Of a DNA stretch of 64,000 nucleotides, positions 1 through 12,900 are shown in pieces. A model generated the notes under the pieces. That model ran no database searches. It saw only the letters and a list, made by a program, of their open reading frames with translations, and was not told the DNA's origin. The position numbers and the translations under genes are program-made. Every line of letters starts with the position of its first letter. Position 1 is the stretch's first letter. Origin of the DNA: Nemertoderma westbladi (lineage: Eukaryota; Animalia; Xenacoelomorpha); the NCBI GenBank assembly GCA_032718475.1, contig JAUCBJ010009018.1, positions 1 through 64,000 of the forward strand, in the 5' to 3' direction.

Positions 1-1526
1 CCGGATAAATCGGGATCCCTCCTGGATCCCGTCACAAATAACATTCACACTAAAGTCTGTACTATAAGTCTGTTTGTACATCTGTTGTTGTCCGACAAAA
101 TTTGTCCGATTTCTGAAACAAAAGAGTGCAACTATTTGTATTTACACACAATGACAAAATTTCCAAGCACATACAGTATATTTTCATTTCTTTCATCTAG
201 TTCTATAATAGTTGTTCTGAAGTATGTCGATCTGTTTACTCTTCGTCTAGTTGTCTGCAAGTCTGTTTGTCTGTCCGTCGGTCTGTTTGTCTGTGCATTT
301 GTTTGTGTAGACATCAGTATTTACTGAAATTTTTGAAAATCTATGGACTGCATCTCGAATGACTCTTTGTAAAACAAGCTTACTGCACACTTTTCTGTCC
401 AGTGTGTTTTCTCGTTTGTTTGTAAGACTGATTTGAGGGTTGTCTGTTTGTCAGACAAAATTGTCAGTTATTTGAAATAATTTGTAACTTGACAACATTA
501 CAGCTACTTCCAAGCTCTTCACGATTTAGGTAACGAATCAGTAATTTATACTCTCAGTATTTATTACGATATTTATACTTAGGGTATTTATTAGGCAGTG
601 AAAACTGAATGAATATTTGTATACCACCGTTTTTATTTATTCAGTATAAGACAATTCATTGAACAAATCTGACATTAGCTTAACCACCTACAGTAGCTTA
701 CAATGCGAACTTGTCAACTGTTGTACCAGTTGTGTACCAGTTATCTACTGGATCTGGGCCTACTTATAATCTATATTTTCAAAACTTATAGAACTTTTGT
801 GTGATATTCACGGAAACATGGAACTACACATAGTGGAGCGTCACAATCCTTACAGTAATAGCGGGATTCACGGCGCACCTTTTCCCCCCTGGAGTCCTTC
901 TTCTTGGAACAAATAACACAAACTCTGGTCGGATTTTTCTTCGTTGTGGATGGTATTATATCAAGGAAATGGCGTTCGCTAAGGCGGGCAGGATTATCAG
1001 ACAAAGATGGCCGCCCCCTTGGTCTAGCAACTGGGTCAGATTTGGGTCATTTAGAAATAATATAAAATTATATTTTTAAAAAGTAATTTGGCAACGTACC
1101 GGTGCGGTAACAAAACAAATAAGGATAAAATATAAAGAATGAAGAATTGAAATAATGAAATCTCCAATATACAATAGATCTGCATGTTATTGTTGTAACT
1201 ACCCGTACCTAACTAAGTTATTATTGCTGGAACACAACCAATAAGAAATTAATCTGCAGGGCTGGAAGTTGTGTGTCTCATAGAGGCCACAAACAATCCA
1301 TTTACGTCATAAAACCAATCACAAATCAGCATCTATATCATTGTTAAAGTTTTCCACTTGGCTAAGGTAAGCTATTTTTAGATATCCAATCAAATAATTC
1401 ACGGCTATATTCGAGTTTGATTTCAGTTTTCAACAGAAAACTGTTTGCACGAGTTAACTCGGGTTAGTCTGAATTATCCATTTTCTTGAACCCGAATTTA
1501 TTCGGGATAATTCGTTAAGGGGTTAA
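1..1526 (-). mobile_element. Internally deleted piggyBac-like DNA transposon (left end probably just outside the window)
   Basis: Ends in ...AGGGG followed by TTAA (1523-1526), typical of a piggyBac end and target. The sequence at position 1 (CCGGATAAATCGGG) resembles the inverted subterminal sequence at about 1490-1510. Contains a transposase C-terminal fragment. Confidence 0.6.
786..1040 (-). pseudogene. piggyBac transposase C-terminal cysteine-rich domain fragment
   Basis: GRP..RL..RHF...RVCVIC...RESRYYCKDCDAPLCVVPCFREYH matches the piggyBac CRD pattern. The catalytic domain is absent. Confidence 0.8.
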
Positions 1527-1545
1527 AACAAAATAATTATTTATT

Positions 1546-1668
1546 ACATGGGGAAAAATAGTGGAACTTTTTTCACTATTCTCGAGGCATTTTATTTACT
1601 GAGCGCAAGCAAGGTTAATAAAGGGTCAAGAGAATATTGAAAAAAAGTTCCACGTTTTTTCCCCATAT
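1546..1668. mobile_element. Short palindromic MITE-like element
   Basis: ATGGGGAAAAA..GTGGAACTTTTTTCA.TATTCTC on the left mirrors GAGAATATTGAAAAAAAGTTCCAC.TTTTTTCCCCAT on the right. Confidence 0.5.
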
Positions 1669-2529
1669 AATACATAACCTTAAATTGGTAATTTTTGTTG
1701 CTCAATTCTTTAATATAAGATAGAGCGATAGTGTTACAAAATATATTGAACTGTATAATATTTTACTATATTGCTTCCATAGTTACTGCAATTCAAATTA
1801 CTGAAGCCTACTTTTCAACTCCTGATGCTGTGACTGTCTTACTCAATGTTAAATAATTTTGTGTTCTCGAATAATTGTTATTACGTAACTTAAGAGCCGC
1901 TTAACTACTTAAACCAATATTGGATATTGAGTTCCGTTTTGGTGTTCGCCGCACAGACACTAAAGTTGTAATAACTTTTGAGTGCGTGCACATGGATTTT
2001 GGTTAAATTACTTTCAACCATTTTCTACGTCAATGATCTTTCACCACATGTAATAAAATTTAAGAAATTCCATCAAAAATATTTTAAATTTCTTTTTTCG
2101 CCGCGAAAAAAGTAAAATCAATGCAATCCTATGGGTTACTATTTTCCATAGGGGAACAAGTGAGACGTATTATTCCAATTTTGGGGTATGTTCGAGCGAG
2201 AAAGTAACAATTTTATATTTATAAAATATAACATTTTCATGCGGATGTTATTTTAATAATATTGTAAATTTTTATTAAATTTTTTACAACTAAGTATTAA
2301 TATTTAAAACGAGTAACTATACAGTAGTATGTCTAGGCTAGTACTTTAATATAAAAGTTCGCAAAAAATTTCAATTGAACAAATATTATTGATTTAATTA
2401 TTTGAATTGAATTCTACGTTTTTTTTTAGAGAAATCCAGTTCTTAATTAATTACTGTAAGTACTCAATTCGATAGTAGTTTTAACAATATCTTTTTCCAC
2501 ATGCTATCAGTAACAATAACAACGACACT

Positions 2530-3111
2530 ATAGGATTAGGCCTCACATAGAGAAACTACTGCGTAAGAGCCAAAACGGATTTCGACCAAGTAGATCAACA
2601 ATAGCTCAGATACTTGCACTACGGAGACTGATTGAAGGAATTAAGTCGAAGAATCTCCCGCAGTCATGACTTTTGTGGACTTCAAGAAGGCATTCGACTC
2701 CATCCATAGAGGCAAGATGCTTGAAATCCTAAGAGCTTATGGAATACCAGAAGTAATTGTTGCTGGCATTGGATTGTTATATTGTGACACAGAAGCGCAT
2801 GTATTCTCACCAGATGGTGAAACTGATTTTTTCTCAATCCTGGCTGGGGTACTGCAAGGTGATACATTAGCACCATTACTATTTGTAATTGTGCTGGATT
2901 TCGCAATGAGGACAGCCACAAAGGGTGAAGATCTGGGATTCACACTTCAAGAACGCAGAAGTAGTAGATATCCGGCAACTACAGTCACAGACACCGACTT
3001 TGCGGATGACATCGCCCTGCTCTCTAATACCCTAGCAGATGCACAGCTTCTACTAAATAAAGTGGAGAGGGCTGCTAAGGAGGTTGGATTGCATATAAAT
3101 GCTACCAAGAC
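2530..3111 (+). mobile_element. Truncated RTE-like LINE reverse transcriptase fragment
   Basis: QNGFRPSRST, FVDFKKAFDS, GVLQGDTLAP and DFADDIALL motifs. Near-identical to the minus-strand copy at about 55790-56180. Confidence 0.85.
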
Positions 3112-4038
3112 TCTTGTGCACTTATATCTACAGATCTACGTTTCAGCACAGAGTTCTACCGACGAGAAACTCTCTCTGTATTACTGTCTCGGTTGTTATA
3201 AGCAACTTTTCCGATGGCCACGACTGACAGAAGTCGTTGCTGCGTTTCGCCGTTCTCCGGATTCAACCACTAAATAATGGTAATTTAAAGAAGGCCCGCC
3301 TCACCAACTCGTTCGGAGAGTGGTTGAATCCGGTTTCTGAAAATATGAGAGCCAGTTGGAGTTCTTGTCCCGTCATCTGGAACTTCATTGAGGCTCTAAA
3401 ACGTACTCCAAGTTTGACTACCTGTTGGCGATACAGGGATTCCCGAAGATGCCGTATACGATCTTGAAACTTGAAACGATTTTACCATCAGAACGAAAAA
3501 TGCGATCTCTAAAACAGGCAGGAAATAGTCGAATCTTAAAATAATGGTGTATAAACATTATTTTGGTTAACTACTGGTGTGTGAACGTACATTTATTTTA
3601 TTCATATGTGTTAATCTTAATGCGTCATTAAATAAACTTCAATCTGCCTTCAAGAAAGTACGTACACCTGTGGTAGATACTGTTTAATTTGTTTTTGTTA
3701 TACATTTATTTTTTATGGTTAATTATACTTGTTAACTGTACAGCAATTTTATTATAGGCTTTTGTAGTATGTACAGCATTACATGCAAAGTGCACTTGGC
3801 AGTATTATGAGTTAACGACTCTTGTCGGCTTCAATTATAGCACTGATTTGCTTCGCTTGTAAAACGAAGTCACTATACCACGACAAAGTTTTCAATGCCA
3901 ACTACTACTTAACACGCAATGCTGTCAATAGTTATAGCGGCTGGATTTTCCAAACCCCTCCTGTAAAAATGTATAAATGGAACATGTTTTACATTAAATG
4001 TATATAAAACATGTTCCATTCATTTAAATTAAATAAAG

Positions 4039-4268
4039 CAGATAGGGAGGGGGGGGGGGGGGGGGAGAGGGGGGGGAGGACTGGACGCAATAAAAATACA
4101 TCCCTCTCCAGGGGAAATTCAACGCAAATATAAAACTGTAACCTGTTTTATTGTGTTTAGTTTATTGTTTTGGTTAAAATAACGTACCACTGTAACATGC
4201 TCCTTTCCCTAAATTGAGAATTTAACATTGAAGCGGGATAGTAATTCGCCAAGATGGGTTTTGCGTCC

Positions 4269-4307
<39 letters not shown>

Positions 4308-4313
4308 TGTCTC
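4039..4313. mobile_element. MITE with 8-bp TSD (hAT-like), copy 1
   Basis: Termini CAGATAGGG...CCCTGTCTC with inverted ACTGGACGCAA/TTGCGTCCAGT. TSD AAATAAAG at 4031-4038 and 4314-4321. A second copy lies at 43784-44026. Confidence 0.8.
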
Positions 4314-5498
4314 AAATAAAGACCATCAATTTTATGGTCTTTATTTAATTTAAATGAAATACTTATGTTGACTTTTTGATTTCTTGTTTAATTAGTGTTA
4401 GATACTATATTTTTTATTCTGATGTCTAAATTTGCTGATATTGAGAATTATAAATTAATAGATACACTGTGTTTTATTTCATTATTCATATTGTTTTAGT
4501 GTGAAACGCAATTTGTATATATAGTAATAAATGTTAAATAATAATTGATATATTCTTTTTATTCGAAAATGAAAATTTATGAAACTCAGGCAAATCAGGA
4601 TCTAGATATAATGACGTATAGATAAGACCGGTGAGATTCAGTCCGTCCATAGAAAGCAGCATATGAGATAGGAAGGCGTTCATAAAGTAGGTCACGCAAA
4701 TTTTACAGATTTTTGACCCCCCACCCTCTGTCACAAAGTGTCATGCAAGCTCGACAAAACTAATGACCTTAAACAAAAATTAGATTCATCTTGATGTTTC
4801 ATTAAAAATTGGAAGAATATAACACCCGTATAGTCACCATATATTCCGAAGTCAATACAATATAATATTTTCAAATTACATGGTTGAGGCGTACTAATCT
4901 TTCTAAGTGCCTCTTTAAAACTTGTTATACCCTCTAAAACTAAGTAGTTGTACTTATAAATACATTCAAAGCCCTTGCTAGAAACTTTCTAAGCTTTCAA
5001 AGTATATGCATTAAACTTGCTATACTTAGTAGAACTACGTAGTTGCACTTAAAGATATGTTAAGTACTTACAACATACTTGGTCCACACCATTGCTAAAA
5101 CTTAAAAGGCTAGCTTTGCAAATATCGCAAGTTATTTAAATAGGGCTACCGCCTATTAACCCTTGCCCCTTAACCCTTATATATCCATATAATATCCCTT
5201 GCTTTTCACCAAGATAAATTATTCAGACTTTCCAGTACCTAGTATATAAAATAAAGTAGGTACTCGTGACCTCGTACCCGATCTCGTGACCCTGATCTTT
5301 TCCCTAACCTTTTGGAACTATAGCACCCAGTGCATTATGTGTAGCAGAACTACCCTCTCTAGCCTTAGATGTAGCAGAACTACAATACAGGCCGTCCTAT
5401 TGTTATTTTGACAGCTGTAGTGAATAAGCTAATACTGTAGTTTAATAGTTTAATTTAATAATAATAAGCTAAATAGCTGGGTCTATAGCGATAGTTTT

Positions 5499-5551
5499 AA
5501 CCGAAATTCCGTCCATCTTCAGGATTTTATACAGTATCTGCAAATGGATTG
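5499..5551 (+). mobile_element. LINE apurinic-endonuclease fragment, left half (split by element A)
   Basis: Joined across the GATTG TSD, and with a 5-bp insertion removed, it reads NRNSVHLQDFI-SANGL|FSAGTQFKKRTGNLWTH, a typical LINE APE segment. Confidence 0.65.
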
Positions 5552-6785
5552 TGTTCGCGCTTTTGAAGACCTTTAGCAGTTTAACCTGCCAAAATTTATA
5601 TGTCTTTTAGTTAATTAACACACCTTTAGCATACGACAATATTTTATGCTAATAAACAAAACATTAGCCGAAGCCAGCCCATGCGCGATCATTCACCCGA
5701 TGGATCTACACCCGGGAGGCTGAATTCGGATGCTTAGATTTTATTATTGCAGTGTAAGGTTGCAGTGTAAACCTATTGTATTATTCGATAGATCACTAAT
5801 ATGTAATTTCTGACAGATATTATTAACTTTCGGGAAATATTAACAGTTCCTTTAGGACGTGGCGCTCTATCTATTTAAACAGAGCTAGGACTTATACTAA
5901 ACGCAACGATAAGGCTTATGATTAAAGTATAAGTCGCATTCTTTAGGAAATGCTTTGTTACCAGTCACATCACACTCACAATCATGCACACTATTCTGCC
6001 GACCGTCAGTATATTTGATCACACATAAAGAGAACAGCAATTGACTCAGGTAGTGTCTACTAAATAACATTAGATTCAATACACACCACATTGATATAAA
6101 TCGCAATTGTTATATATAGCCCGCCTCTCTAACCTGTAGTGTATCAAGAAAATTGGGAATTTTGGGTGATTTATCCGTATTCTCCAAAGAGCAATATTTC
6201 CATCAACAAATAGATACAATTAATAACTGACGGTAAATAGCAGTACAAACAATATGATTAGTGCAGTTAAATTAAGTGAGGTAACACCGCCGGTAACAGT
6301 TATACTTTCTATAATCTAAGCAGTTTTACTAGAGTTCTTCCCAAAAAGCCGGTGTTTCTGGCTTAGACAGCAATAACAACAAAGTATCAAGTAAGGCAGT
6401 AAGACTGAACACTCTCCTTATGATCGGCTGAAAAGCTACACGTCGACAGGAAAAATCGCTCTGATTGGCTCAAGCCAAACAAAGAACTATGCGTCCAATG
6501 GCTGTTTCCATGTCAGCAACCAGCTGTTAGATGTCGTAATATGAATCATCACGGCTAAGCTGTGAAAGGTAGTTGGTGCATTACAGGTTTTTTGCCTTAC
6601 CATGTCCGCCAAAACACGTATATAGCAGAATGACTTTTATGTCCGTTAAAACACCTGTAACGGTACCTTGCGGGCGAGGGGAATATATATACAGTTAGAG
6701 AACCTTTTTAGAGTATTCCAGCGCCTGGGGGGAAACTGGATTGCGAAGCAAAAGGGGCCAGTTATATCCCACAGAAGCTTTTACA
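5552..6785 (-). repeat. 3' LTR of element A
   Basis: Direct repeat of 16446-17679 (about 6 substitutions by eye). Preceded on minus by the purine tract GGGAGCGG (6786-6793), the same as in element B. Confidence 0.95.
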
Positions 6786-6863
6786 CCGCTCCCAGAAAAT
6801 GGGATTTAAGTCTATAAAATATACAAAATCACAGTTTCTCAAATACGAAAATACTCTAAACAG

Positions 6864-8313
6864 TTAGTCTTTCATGCGCGGACGGCGTTTACGCAGTTTT
6901 TTAAAGCTAGCCAGAGTCTTTTTCTCTTTGGGGCGAGCCACTTTACAAGGAGGGCTATAACTCCTGGGTGAAGGGTGCAACATGATTGCATCAGAGGGTA
7001 TAGGATTATGGTCGGTGTATCCGCCAGTCGAAGTGCCGAGTTGATTGACATCAACGTCCGGGGAGAGGGGTCTAACGGCTTTGAGAGCTCGTTTCAAGAC
7101 AGCCGCTCTTACGGGTCCTTTACGAGTGGTCTGAACGAGGGCCGTGGGTGGACCATAGGCAGTTAGAAACTTCCTTGGTTTAATGGTTCTTTCCAACTCG
7201 CGTTCGCGGGCTCTGTACTCGTAAGGCCGTCGATATACTTCCTGTAACTCAGGGTGTGAGTTGACAAATAAGTCTCCATAGGCTGGATCTTGACGGATAA
7301 AGTTTATTAAGTTATACGAATTGATGTCACTCGGATTAATGCTCCTGAGGAATTTGCGTACATATTTGGTTGAAATACATTCTCCAACGCGCTTCAATAG
7401 TTCATAACTTGATAGGCGCGATTTCTGCTCGACGGAGGCAAACAAATATGGATGGAACGCATAAACTCCTTCGTAGGCGCGTCCAGGATAATAGCGATGG
7501 CGTGAATCACAATATAAATCAGTGTTCGCTTCCCAAGCTCTAATGTAACGTAGTGTGATCATTTCATCTACGCTTTCCAAATCGCGATTAAAAGGGCAAT
7601 CGAAACTGGCGTGTCCCTTTAGTGGACAGTGGTGACATTGAGTCATAAATTGAGGGCAAACCGCAAAAATATGCAAATTATTAAATCTGCAATACGCTCA
7701 ATAAATTTCCATCGCCGGTTGTTCGTGGAAATAGGAACAGCGGACGTTTGTGTCCATGGGCGTAACATGGTCTCTCGATGCGCATAACCGACAACGTTGC
7801 CGAGAAACATAGTTGGCATGGCGATAATCGTACGCAGTGAGACACTGTGGACCTTGATACCATTCTAGGATGTAATCGTTGTCGCTGTTCCGAGCGCGAT
7901 AGGCTGAATCTCCTCAGATTCTAGGCATATTGGTTCGTCTTCCCAGTCTGTTACGAATAGAATTTTCGTGATCTATTCTCGGTTTATCGTTACGACTCCG
8001 CTGGGTATGATATTTAAATAGAACCATTTCCCTTTAGGGTGTCTACATCGTCCGTATCATGTAAATCGATAGGATGGCCGGTAGTTAAGAAGTCCATATA
8101 CGTACCATTACGATGCGTATAGCGAGCGGTTAATTTTCGATAGTCCAATTCACGCGTAAGTTGCTCTTGGGACATCGGCGGTTCGATATAACGACCATCG
8201 TCCTCCGTAATAGTCGGATCGGCTTCACCGCGTATCAAGCTATCCACAAACGCTTGTAAAGGTAGAGTATATCGCTCTCTAATACCAAGGTCATCTTCTA
8301 TTAATTCCGTCAT
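6864..8313 (-). pseudogene. Deleted and frameshifted copy of accessory ORF3 in element A
   Basis: N-terminus MTELIEDDLG... and C-terminus ...KLRKRRPR match 33138-37391. About 2.8 kb, including the exonuclease-like region, is missing at a junction near 7945. Confidence 0.9.
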
Positions 8314-9939
8314 ATCTGCTATCTGAGTTTATTAATATTAGTATGAGTCAATATTTAGGCAAGCGGGCGTCGCTGCCTACTAGTCTTTGACCCCGGACAG
8401 TGGGTTTCTCAGCGCCGATGTACCGTTGTCGCGGTGTTTGCGCCAACATGTAGCAACAGCACGACAACGATAATCGACACAAGTCCCACCACTGTCCGTC
8501 CCAAAGGCTTGAATCCACTTGAGGTTATCTCGGTAGAGTTAGGCTACTTTACAATTGCGATTAGCTACTGTAAACACACTTTAGTAGTATCATTCACCTA
8601 TAAACGCACAAATTCCATACAATCATTACTTACTGCACACATGCAAGCCATTTTGTCCGTTAGTCATTGTCTTCCAGAATGTCACGTTATTACTATGTAT
8701 CCTTGGATACTAATAGTGCGCTATGTATTCTCTTATGCTACGCAATGGGGCAAGCTTTTTATTGTTCCTTTAACTTGTTTCTAATTCTAGCGTGGGTGTT
8801 GCCATGGTGACATTATGGAAAACTAGCGGTAGAATTAGGATAATTCTCATGCATACAGATCTGGGATGTTATTTAATAGTAATTCTTTAATTGTCAATAT
8901 CCTCTTTATGCATGATTTTATAAATTTTATCGGCTATTGACTATATGTTGGAGCTTCTCACACTCTAGTACACTCAATATGAATCTCCGCTCCCATGATC
9001 TATTAATTACTGGAATTTTGGGAATGTTGTAAATTGCACAAAATGACAATTTATGAAATTCATTCGAATATGAATTTAAATTTATTCCCGTGAATTTTAT
9101 TATTTGATGTTAAAATTGACACAATTTGATTCCAGAGCAGGTCTGGGGACATAGGATCCTGAATTCTATGAAATTTGTCTTTTTAAGAGTATCGGTAAGT
9201 GCTGCGATATCTTAATTGACTAGAAATTTTAAAGGATCGGAATTCTACAGATTTTAATAAATATTAAATTAATATTTTGGATGGGCACCGATTTATTCCA
9301 GAACTTGTCTGGGGACGTTAACCACTGATTCTAGAATTTGTCTTTCAAGTATATCGGTGGGTGCCACGATATCTTAATCGACTAGAATTACAGATGGTCA
9401 AAAAGTTTAACAGATTTATTTGCGATTTACGCTACTGTTAGAGGGACATCACGCTACTATATGTATTATTTGAAATAAGGTAGAAGAGCAATATCGCACG
9501 AAGCAATGTCAGTGTGAAGAGGCAAGTCGTTTCCAAGGTCTACCCAGAGCTTGGTTTAGCCGAGACACGAGGATCTGAACTTTGCATTCCTAATACTCTG
9601 CCTACCAATAATACTTAAATATAGTAGTGGCTTTATTGTACTTTAATAAGTACGGACATTTCATCTTACTGTAGTCACGTATTTATAATATGATACGGAC
9701 AGTAAGGAAAGAGAAAAAATAATTATTTCTCGCCGTCGCACTAAATATATATTATAAATAATTACGTACGTAATAAACACTAATATATTGCACTAATCTA
9801 CTAAATAATCCCTAAAATAACCTTCTACTAAATAAAATTAAAGAAAACGATTATAATAAAATTACATAATAATACATACATAAATATAAAATAAAAACAA
9901 ATATAAAATGATATAGTCACACGCCCACTCCACATGCTA

Positions 9940-12900
9940 TCACGTTATGGAGTCCCTAGATATTTGTCGGATTAGGGAAGTAGTCGTAGGAAGAGTATCT
10001 TGCCTTCCATAGTTTCCGGACAGTTTTCGGTCTCTTTCCAGTAAACATAAACGACTAGCTGGGCGATTGAGTTGTTGTGGTACTTTCTCCGCTCCCTTGG
10101 CCTGTCTACTCTCTGCCGTGGTAAGATGAGGAGGCCATTCTTCTTCTTCTTTACTTAAGGAGTCGGATCCACCTAACCAGCCTGGAGTATCTATCAGTTC
10201 TTGAGGAGTTGCTCCTCTGGAAGCGATGTCGGCTGGATTAATCGTCCCAAGGCAATGTCTCCATTGATCTACATTGGAGTTAATATCGTCATTATCTGAG
10301 GAGTATGGTGTTCCCTCAGTTGGGTCGTCCACATCACTGCTCTCCACTTCCCCCTTTACTTGGTATACCTGTTGTTGAGGTAATCTCTCTTTGAGAGTTC
10401 TACGGGAAGGGCCAGTGAAGTACCAACCTACTCTAGTTCTTACCGCATAGGTTTGTAGTGGCTGTGGTTGAGCAGGCCGTTTCTCTAATGGCTCGAGCGC
10501 CTCATGCGCGTTTTGGCCGATGAGTATTTGCACTCCAGGATAATCGGTTTGGAATCGAGGTATCTCAAGATGTTGGATGCACTCGTCCTCGTCCCAGTTA
10601 TAAGGTTCTGCTTGAGTAGTAGCAAAGTTCTTTATAGCCACCATTTTTACTGACCTTATACCTTGTGTTCCTAACTTATCCTGGGGGGTGGACAACACAC
10701 CTACATAGTAATCTGCCGTTAGGGTAGATTTCCAAACCTGCATAATTCCTGACATATTCAATTTAGTCCGGAACTTGGGTTGTCCAGCAAAGATATCTTC
10801 GGCTAGTTCTTGATCGATGAATGTTCCTGTGCTGCCGGAGTCAAGTAGGGCGTTCACTATGTAACTCTTGTTGGGACCATGAACTCGAACTTGCACTACA
10901 GGAAATTCTCTTATTCCTATGTTGGAAGTTGGAACTTTCCAAGATGGTTGTTTGTCAAAAGGAGTTGGAGTAAACTCGTCAGTGTCCTTTTCATCCGTAA
11001 GTGCTCGATACACTGTGGTATTTATTAGATAACAGGACTCGCCGGCATCGGAGAATTCGTCTGTATAGAATCCCTCCCACCCAGAACCCCGGTCAGTGCC
11101 GTTCACATCACTGAACTGGACATGTAGTTCGGGCTCACTTACCTGACTCGGGTTGTCTCGTTCGAACTCACTGTGTAACAAGATGTGATGTTTCGCGTCA
11201 CACTTTGCACACTTTACGTCGGAGTAACAGGTTCGCCGTTGGTGTCCTGATCTGAGGCAATTATAGCATAACCGCTTATTCCACAGGACTGTACGTCTGT
11301 CTACAGGGGATTTCTTTAGAAATTCAGCACACGCACTCAAACGGTGGGGCCCGTCGCACAGCGCACATTTTGGTTTGATGTTACTCACCTTACCTTGGGT
11401 AACGTTATGCACTCTCGTTCTTTCTTCGGGCTTTCTTCCGTGAATTCTCTTAGGAGACGTAGGAGGAGTTGTTGTTACCTGTTCTCTCCTGTCACTGATT
11501 CGAGACTTGTATTTACTTACGTCTTTATAGGTCTTGTTGTCATAGTAAGATTTTGCTGTGTCTTTCCCGCTGTCCTCTTCTTGAGAAGCTTGGCTCTCGC
11601 CGTCGTCAGTGTAACACACTGGTATTATCCTTCTCCTAGAAACGGGTTTCTCACTTACCTTATTTTCCGATGTTTTCTCTCTGGCCTGCTTGATGAGTTG
11701 TAGTTTTACCTCACCATCTAAGAAGGACATGAGATCAGCCATGGTAGGACTTCGTCGTTGTTGTTCATTCATGTACAACACTTTCTTGTCCCAGCGTGTA
11801 CATACTCCACCCTTTGGTAAAGTAGAGACTACGGCTCCAATAACCATGGAACTCTGATATTCATGCAACTTACCTAACCAGTCCAGTTGTCTACAGATCT
11901 CTTGAATTTCATCGGAAAACTCTATAATCCCGCTACTAAGGAAGTGTCGGGGGGCTACTAATTTTGCATACAAATACTTAGCTATGTTATCTTTGTTACC
12001 ATACCTGATGTTTAATGTATCCCAAACTTGTCTTAATCCATCTGGATGTCCAATAAACTTTAACGCCATTAACTTGGGAGGTCCTTCCAAGCACTTGATG
12101 AGGAATCTAAGTTTTTCTCCGTTAGATAGTACAGAGTTCTGTATGCTATCTTTGTAATATTCGTTGAAAGGTAACCATTTCATCTCATCTCCATTGAATT
12201 TGACGATCTCTCCCACTTTGACCGCTTGGCGGGCTTCTGTTCTAGCCATCTGACGCGTAAAGCTTTCTTGGGCCATCGTGTTATTTAATATCGAATTATC
12301 GGTATATAAAGTTCTCGGATCATTATCAGGTCTATAGGGAATATCATTAATAACAGGTCTATAATCACCCTTAATAGGGTTTGCTATAGGAGTTTCAACT
12401 TCACTAGCAGTATAGATGCGTGTAGGCTCCACACCTTGCGCATGTAATACTTCAGACCTAACAGGTTGACACAATGTTACAGGGGGTATTGGTATGCCCT
12501 TTTGTATATTGACTAATTTGTCGCGTTCTAGCGCGATACTTTGCTGCACTTCTTGCAACTCTGCTCTACCTTCCCTCACTGTTCCCTTAAGTTGGTGGAC
12601 AGTCTCCTGCATCTGTCCCAGCAGGAGATTCATCCCCCGCCGTCCCTCTTCCACCCACTCAACCGCCGAAGCGGGAGTCGCCAACATTGTAGCGGGCTGA
12701 CGCGGGACGACGGGAGACAAATCTTTGATTCCTCTCTCAATGCTCAGGACAGGGGTGTTTGCATGGACTGTTCCACCGGGTACAGGCAGTGTAGTACTAT
12801 GTAAAGGGAATTTAGAGTTAAGCTCTGGAAGTACAGGGGTCTCTAACACAGAAGTGACTTTGGGAACGACAGGCCTAATTATTTCAGGCTCATCAACTAT

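Noticed and set aside
5897-6106. Duplicated small ORFs (5897/16791 and 20225/37656)
   Set aside because: They are duplicated only because they lie in LTRs, have non-ATG or weak starts, and are not conserved between A and B.
10075-10285. Element A deletions as spliced-out introns
   Set aside because: The junctions compared with B do not fall cleanly on GT...AG boundaries; for example A retains the GT of GAGAAAGT.
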